Shown here in pieces: positions 38,301 to 44,892 of a DNA stretch of 44,892 nt. The notes beneath the pieces were generated by a model. That model did no database searches. It was given only the letters and a program-made list of their open reading frames with translations, and was not told the origin of the DNA. Both the position numbers and the translations under genes were made by a program. The first letter of the stretch is position 1. The number at the start of each line of letters is the position of its first letter. The stretch is from Perkinsus chesapeaki ATCC PRA-425 (Eukaryota; Protista; Perkinsozoa): the NCBI GenBank assembly GCA_013115145.1, contig JAAPAO010000266.1, positions 1 to 44,892 of the forward strand. The letters are read 5' to 3'.

Positions 38301-39732
38301 GTCCACGTCTCAATAAGCGATTCCCCTACGAATAAACTCCCGGTGGATGCGTCGAGGGTAAGAGTGACAACATCTCCAGGCGAAGGAGGAGTCTGCAGAC
38401 TGTAGTTCCCCACCAAGTTACCATTCTCGTCAGAAGTTGTCAAACGGTCACGTGACAGGACATAACAAGATTGATTTGCCGCATCGCGTGCTTCCACAAT
38501 TGGGTCAACAACCGACGTGCTTGAAGTGGCACGAACAGTGATCCCGCTGATGGAATCGACAATGACCACAGCAGATGCTGAAGTAAGCGACAAGCCTGCG
38601 GGTATGTTATGGAACGGTTGGAGTCGCCGAAGATCCTCAGAAAGCAGTGCTAACGAGTCCTGTATTTGAGGCACACTGCTTGATGCCACCTTTTCATCTG
38701 GACCTGTTATCGTAATCTGCCCTGAGCGGAGTTAAGCGGTGCCCTACTGATTCGTTCAGTGATGGATTCGCGAGTAAATCGATGCAGTCCCAAACCCAGT
38801 CCAGAGGAAGCAAAAATATAAACAAAGACGAACAAAGACATGAAGACGATGAACCTAAAAGGTGGGTGAGAATAAGTCGTGATCTACGCAAACGTGGCCT
38901 TCTTAGCTTAGTTGGTAGAGCACCCGCTTAGTAAGCGGGAGGTCGTCGGTTCGACTCCGGCAGAAGGCTTTATCAGCACCAGTTGATGTTAACGTTTCTC
39001 ACAAGTCTACGCACGCCCCTATCTTACCTCGCGCCTATAGTGTGGAAGCAACGTTCCAACTCAAGGCGTTCGATCAGCAACGCACGGTCGAAGCGGTAGT
39101 ATCTCAACCTGCAACAAGTCTTGTAATGTCGGGATCCGCCGGGAATGACGCAAAAATAACAAACAAGCGCAGATGACTCGTATGAATAGATCCGATTCGA
39201 TAGGCATGATGCGCAGCGGCTGCGCATCTTCCTTACTGTGAGATTACCGATGTAGCATGAAAGTCAAGACAAGAAGGAAGAGCATTCTGAACTGCTCTTC
39301 AGCATTGCCATAGACACATCGTGTAGTACTCTCACGATGCTAGGCAGTGCCTAGTAGGCACGCACGAAGTTGCTGACATACCTGAAATGCTTCTGGATAT
39401 AGCTAGCGGCTTCATTGATTTTGGTTCTCATCGCTTCTCGATTATTTTCGTCAATATTAATAGTTTCGCCAATATGCTCCAGAAAGCCGCTCCCGATTCT
39501 ATGAGCAGCATGTGAAGGCTTGGCATCCGATAACACGCCCCTACCTCTCTCGCCTTCTAACGGCTTGAGCACCCCCGAGAACTTCTTCTCGTTTCCGATC
39601 TCGCGCTTGTAAGGACCACATCACCCACCAGTTCCGTAAGTAGTGCCATAGTCGCGCTTTTGCCGATTGAGCGAGCAAACGCGGCCGGTTAGGCACAGTC
39701 GGGACGCCCGTGAGATCTGCGGCGTCTGCCAT
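35304..39732 (-). CDS. Polycystin-2/TRPP-like 6-TM cation channel, multi-exon
   Basis: Phase-consistent chain: MADAADL..RRRER/IGSGF..QKHFR/FIVFMSLFVFVYIFASSG (S1), long S1-S2 ectodomain, S2-S4, HPRIALFANTFRSAQSELIHFFISF (S4-S5), TFGQTMEEFESYSATLWTQFYIL (pore helix), LLLYIVVYMLLVYFCLLQLFLAIIVETY (S6), then a coiled coil VVDRLEKIESAL. Confidence 0.75.
38897..38969 (+). tRNA. tRNA-Thr: tRNA-Thr(AGT), antisense within a 527 nt intron (38855-39381) of the channel gene
   Basis: Full cloverleaf: GCCTTCT/AGAAGGC acceptor stem, D arm, CCCGC-TTAGTAA-GCGGG anticodon arm, GTCGG-TTCGACT-CCGGC T arm. Confidence 0.97.
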
Positions 39733-40029
39733 TAAAACCAAACCTCGGCGTGATAAGCTGGTCAGAGAGCGGCACTATCATAGGACTAAGGGATCTACAT
39801 CACGTAAAGTCTGTACAATAACAGCGTTAGCTGTTAGTCAGCGTCCCCCCGCGCGAAACTGTCGAGCCGGAAAGGCGACGCAACACAGAGGAGTCATCAC
39901 GAGCCGCTTTAGCCGCCGGAGTTTGCAACATCGGAGACAAGGGCGTTCGGAAGTCGAGCAGTTCTACCCCGGTGAAGAGGACTAGCATATTTGTGAGCAA
40001 GACTAAGAAATAATATACGCATAGTCATC

Positions 40030-40102
40030 GCCTTCTTAGCTTAGTTGGTAGAGCACCCGCTTAGTAAGCGGGAGGTCGTCGGTTCGACTCCGGCAGAAGG
40101 CT
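40030..40102 (+). tRNA. tRNA-Thr: tRNA-Thr(AGT), identical second copy
   Basis: 73/73 nt identical to 38897-38969 by eye; the flanks are unrelated. Confidence 0.97.
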
Positions 40103-41086
40103 TATTTACGAAAAAATATGTGCCAAGACGTGAAGAAATTTCTTAGCCGACCCTTCGTATCATACCTCGGAAATTACACCAACCGTGCTTACCAAAATAA
40201 TGATAACACGATAATACTTCTTTGGGGTATCCGAACAGTCACTACATAAGCGACACTGTCGCTCCGTGCGTCTCTTATGTCGCTGCGACACAACCTGCAA
40301 CCATCCCTAACCGTGGTAACTAAAACCCCCTACAGCACGTGGTGTGACTTGAACACAAACGGTTAAATACGGAAGAAGAGGGAGATCACTACAGTGCAGA
40401 CATAACCATAAGAGTGCGATGCAGCAACTTGGCTACCGCTGCCAAGCGAAGTTTAACTAAGAAATAGCTCAATGATACACCGAACCATTCCACAGCAACA
40501 GTATGCACGCAATCTCATAGAGTAGTAGCAACAATAGCAGCCATCGTTTGCTGAACTCGCTCTCTGCTTCTAGCATCATCATCATGTACAAGCGCAAGCC
40601 TCGTTCTCGACGAAAGCGTATAGACAACAACACAATATTAATAGTAGTATCGGTAGAAACTACCGCAAGCAGCAGTTAGGAATGGTATCTGCTCACGGAT
40701 GCGACGGAAGGCGAGATCAACAGTCGAAAGAAAAAGGACAGTAGCAGCGGAGTAACAAACAAACCATATAGTTCCCAACGACAGTATCAATACAATGAGC
40801 AGAAAAAATATAGCATTACGAATACCAAGTGTTCTGCCTTATCCTAAACTACAGAGGAGATCTATGCTATAGAGGACGCCGGGCGTCACATGGGCTATAT
40901 CGGGGACACTAGTCCGAAGTAAATAACATAACCCAAACAACAACAACAACAGACAGCATATCTCTTCCCTTACTACTTCGACCTACAGCTTCTACAAGCA
41001 AACCGACAATCAGAGAGACATACCACAGTCTGTTTCAGGACTATTGACAAGCAATCAGAGCAGATAACCATTCCTCGCGGCTCAGG

Positions 41087-42123
41087 CTACATGACCTGTC
41101 CCAAGCTAGCAGCAGATACGACCGCATCGCCAAGGAACGAGGGAAGCACTCTATCGCCCCAAGTGTCATTGTGACCCGCGGTGAACAGCCTCGGGCCAGA
41201 CGCAGTGGCGCCTGCCGGATCAGTGTCTTCCAGCTCGATAATGATGTCCTCATCATCGAAATCTTCTCCCTCGTCGTCGAAGCAGTCGGATTCACAGGAA
41301 GAATCGCTGCTATCTGACGAGCAGTCTGACTCGTCCGAGAGCTCCGACAAACAGTCGTCCTCGCTTATGTCGTCATCGTCTTCATCATCATCATGTCCAT
41401 TCCGCAGAGATTCTTCCTCTCCTTCCACCCCAGCCCGACCGTACACGGTCGAGCCGAGGCTATTAGTTTCGCCGTCGAGAGCCTTCAAGCTGGCAAAGGT
41501 TGGAGGCAGACAGAGTGGTGTAGGGTCCTCAGGCGTCACGTCACGCACTGCGCTCGATGCTACGACTCCTGGTTCGCGCTGCTTTGTGAATAGGTTGGAA
41601 CCATCTCTACTGGTCGTTATCACAAGACGCAGGCCTGTCGCCTTCAAAGCACCTAAACCGCAGCAGCTACCTACGAATGGTCTTTGCTTCCCTGAGGGTA
41701 CCGGAACTGCTCAGTCCAGACAAAGAACGGGTCTGTGAGGCTGAATTCCTCCTCCTTCGAGCTTCATTAGGATTGGGTATCCCACACAAGGCGCAGAAGG
41801 CTACAAAGGGAGACAATACGCGCTCCATGACACAACGGCGCCGTAACGCAAGCAGCGTCGCTAGACCTGCCGCTACCTCCTCCAGCCACAGTAAGCCTGT
41901 GGCACCGACGGCAATTAGTCCACTGCCCGAACAGGCTGGCAATACTCTCTTCTGCTTTTGCTGCTGCTGGTGGTGCTGATATCTCGTAGACATATCCCTC
42001 CCTAGTCTTCTTCTTCTCGTCTATAGCATAGCTGATGTTATCAGTAGTAGTAGTAGTAGCAGCAGAGCCTTCGATGATCGGGACGGCGGGAACTAACGGC
42101 GGCAGCACATCTTGAGGACTCAT
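41087..42123 (-). CDS. RanBP2/NZF-type zinc-finger protein with a long acidic Ser/Asp/Glu tract
   Basis: Splicing joins GQWTNCRRCHRLTVAGG to AFCALCGIPNP, giving W-x2-C-x2-C-x10-C-x2-C. The last exon carries DDDEDDDDISEDD..SDSSCESD. Confidence 0.65.
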
Positions 42124-42213
42124 TAGCAGCAAAACTCTGAAGACAATCTCGCCCCGCCCCCGAACCCAAAGCCCAACCAGCCTCAACAGAAACGCATGCG
42201 CCACGACAACCGC

Positions 42214-42690
42214 CTAGTCGTCCTCGGTGAGCTTCTCCAGACTCCTCGTCTTCATATGGGCCAACATCGCTGACATCAGCATTCCAAAAGACGACGCTCA
42301 TCCCCGGTGCACTACAACTGAACTGGGACTTATGTATCTCCGCTTGGATCTCCTCCAAAGTGAACTGCTCTATGGAAAACTCATAGTCTCTACCATCTTG
42401 CATTTTAAACCGGGCCGTGGCTGGCGCATCGTAGCCGAAGAGCTCGTATGAGGTCTGGAAAGATATTTTATAGGTCACCTTGCACGCTCACCTTTAGCTG
42501 AGGAAACTTCCGCCGGATTCTGTTGCTCTGCATGTGCATGACCAGCCGCCTCGCCGTCTCCGTCCGAGCTCGGCCAGGGTGGTAGCTGAACCCTAGAGCT
42601 TCCAGGATCCCACCCCAGCGGCGCTCACCCGACATGGACGCTCTCCACATAGGCGAGCAGGTCCAACTTGTGGAACACATTATATCGCAT
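42214..42690 (-). CDS. MRPL53: Mitochondrial ribosomal protein mL53-like (L51/S25/CI-B8 fold)
   Basis: Four exons: MRYNVFHKLDLLAYVESVHVG/FSYHPGRARTETARRLVMHMQSNRIRRKFPQLK/VTYK..APATARFKMQDGRDYEFSIEQFTLEEIQAEIHK../..EKLTEDD*. The pattern matches mL53 as recalled. Confidence 0.6.
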
Positions 42691-42814
42691 TCACCTGACC
42701 GCCGCCGCTCCCAGCGGCAATGAAACAGAAACTGCACGGGCGCGGCTTCCCGACGCGGGCCACACGCTACACTAGAAGGGCCGATAGAAACGTTACTTCT
42801 GAAGGAGGCATGCA

Positions 42815-44119
42815 CTAGATACGGGAGAGCTCGTTCTGGAGGATACAGCGGCGGCCGCTGGTCACTGGGGTGATCCAGTGCTGTAGTTTTTCGCCTCTAA
42901 AAAGCACCATATCTCCCCTTTGCAGCGGCACCTCGTAGGTCTGCTCTTTAATGTGCTTGAAGCAGTTGACGCCGCCGGTGAAGTCAACACCCGGCGTAGA
43001 GAGCAGGCAGACGAAGGTGACCAAGGAGTAGTTGTCGACGTGCTTTTCTATCATGCCTTCTCCCTCGCTCGTATCATACACAATGTACTCCATCTCGGGA
43101 TAGGACTGCTTGTAGTCACCAAGAACGCCCCAGAGCCTGTCAGAAGCGTACTTCACTGCGGTCATCAGCTTCTGGTAGAGGTCCGGCTCCAAAAGCCTGA
43201 GGGCACCAGGATCGGCTAGCGCCCCAGCGAGAGGATACCTCATCTGAGCCTCGACTCGGAACGCCCTGTGCTTGTAGTCGAGGTTATCTTTGCGGTCCTT
43301 GATCTCCGAAACAGTCGGACTGGTGGAGACAGAAACAACACAGTCGATCTCCGGCGCGCTCAAGAAGCCCTACTGGACCGAATGAAGCTGCCGTAGTAGA
43401 CCACAGTATTACCGGTAAGACTATGAAGTCCCTATAAGCCTTAGGGGACCTGTAGATCCTAGCACTGCTGTCAAGAGCGGCGCAGTCGAGAATCTCGGGA
43501 AGAGCCTTGTGGAAAAGCTTTAGTCGGTAGCCCTTGAGCGCAAATGTTGGCAGGCCGTCCATCACCCGTATTCGCCTGAATCTACAGAGTCACAGGGAGA
43601 GCGAAGAGAGAGAGAACGAACATAGAAGAGAAACGATAAAAACTCCCCACAGCCGTCCTACCTAGCAGGAGGTCTCCTTGAGGTGTCTGGAGAGTTCCGC
43701 GAGAGCTTCGCCGCCTTACGCAAAGGCGTCCGCGAGGGGCTAAAATCAACCGGAAGGGCCTTATTATCACATAGTAGTTGTACCTGTCAGCGCCTTCGCT
43801 GTCGGAAGAGCTCTCCTCCTCCGAGGAGGAGGACGATGATGAAGAGGAACAGCAGCTGGAGAGCTCCTCATCTCTCTGTAGATCCCCAGTAACATAGGCT
43901 GCCGACCACAACAGTCTGCCTGACTGGACCTCCTCCTTTTCGTATAATTAGTGGCCTACTTGCAGTGATATTGGGCTTCAATAAGAGCCGCTGGCCCGAC
44001 GCTACGTCCACAGCGGTATCAGTGCCTTTGAGGGACGTTGGCATGCTCTTGACTATCGAGTCAATTACAGTACCCTGCAGCCCGGATGGATTGTCGGAGC
44101 GAGAGCTCGATGGGCACAT
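42815..44119 (-). CDS. 2-oxoglutarate/Fe(II)-dependent oxygenase with Ser/acidic N-terminal extension; 5' end uncertain, may extend beyond 44550
   Basis: HxD (EKHVDNYS), DFTGG, distal His (KLQHWITPV) and 2OG-binding Arg (SGRRCIL). Upstream exons join through clear GT-AG introns (~43360-43411, 43584-43663, 43740-43783). Confidence 0.8.
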
Positions 44120-44892
44120 GACAGATTCAAACTAGCTGACGGCCTCAGGGTCGTCTTCGGCACTCCAAGATAGCTATTCGATCGCAGAGGGAGCTGTCCT
44201 TCTGTAGGGTGGCGACGGACGAGGCGATCTCATAGGAGGTAGCATGTCCGAAGCCCACACCCTAGAGGAAGGAGCCAATGACAAGCTATGGGCAAGCGCC
44301 AAGGCAATGAACCATTAGCTATTTCAGATAGCCCAACTGGCCTGTACCATCCGCGCAGGAATAAATAGTAAGATTCTTTCAGGACTACACAGCCCTTGGT
44401 TTCCAGGAGGATACTCGGGCTCTTGGGCTCCGAGCTATATTCATCAATAGGGCTACTAGTACGAGGTTCGTTTGGGCACAGACTGCCACCCCGAGCAAAG
44501 ATACTCAAACGCAACCAGCTGAGAGATGTCTGCAATGACTTATATAACAAAGCAGCAGCTCTTGTTAGAGGATGGTTCAGAGCGGCCAGGAAGGCCTGCC
44601 TTATAGAGCTAGGAATGAGACGGAGATTAGGAGCATCGGCTCACCCTAGGGGCACTACTAGGCATCAACGAACCAAGCAAGGAAGCACGACTGTGATGGG
44701 GTATCCTTGAGGGGGTTATAGAGCTGGAAAGAAGGACGTGTGGTAGAGACGAGATGAAGCCGAAACTGGTATGCTATCGAAGGTAGCGATCCGTTGGCTG
44801 GGTTTCTTTCGGCATCGTCGCGCGCCGCCCGCAAAATCTCTGCGCGCGCCCTCAAAAACTCTTAATCCACCCTCAAATTTCTGATTCCGCCC

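Noticed and set aside
44396-44710. Plus-strand ORF with IQ-like AAALVRGWFRA
   Set aside because: No ATG start or splice context, and it opposes a minus-strand block with an open frame at the same place.
225-44855. Frequent in-frame stops breaking recognisable proteins (pseudogenes or a non-standard genetic code?)
   Set aside because: In the well-conserved genes the stops fall inside GT-AG introns with matching phases; the standard code suffices.

Overview
Gene-dense eukaryotic DNA, most likely a perkinsozoan alveolate (Perkinsus-like). The assignment is inferred from many ~40-60 nt GT-AG introns, mid GC content, a nuclear-encoded plastid IspH with a dinoflagellate-type leader, and BBSome/flagellar genes. 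The supplied ORFs are mostly exon fragments or antisense shadows. Joining exons by eye gives about 14 protein-coding genes in three co-directional blocks. Minus block 1-15.1 kb: unknown protein (possibly SHOC1/Zip2-like), ANAPC4, IspH, YEATS/Yaf9. Plus block 15.5-34.8 kb: CFAP96-like, a giant 7-repeat type I surface protein, Obg GTPase, MPI, BBS8, a Gln-rich coiled-coil protein. Minus block 35.3-44.9 kb: polycystin-2-like channel, RanBP2-type Zn-finger protein, mL53-like protein, 2OG-Fe(II) oxygenase. Also present: two identical tRNA-Thr(AGT) genes (one antisense inside a channel intron), a decayed IS630/Tc1 transposase in an IspH intron, two intronic tandem repeats and one assembly gap. Best leads: the uncharacterised ~150-170 aa repeat surface protein, a possible ciliary gene neighbourhood, a SPRY-like insert in the channel ectodomain, the tripartite IspH leader and trypanosome-like directional gene clusters. 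Gene boundaries are manual and approximate. No database search was run; family calls rest on remembered motifs.
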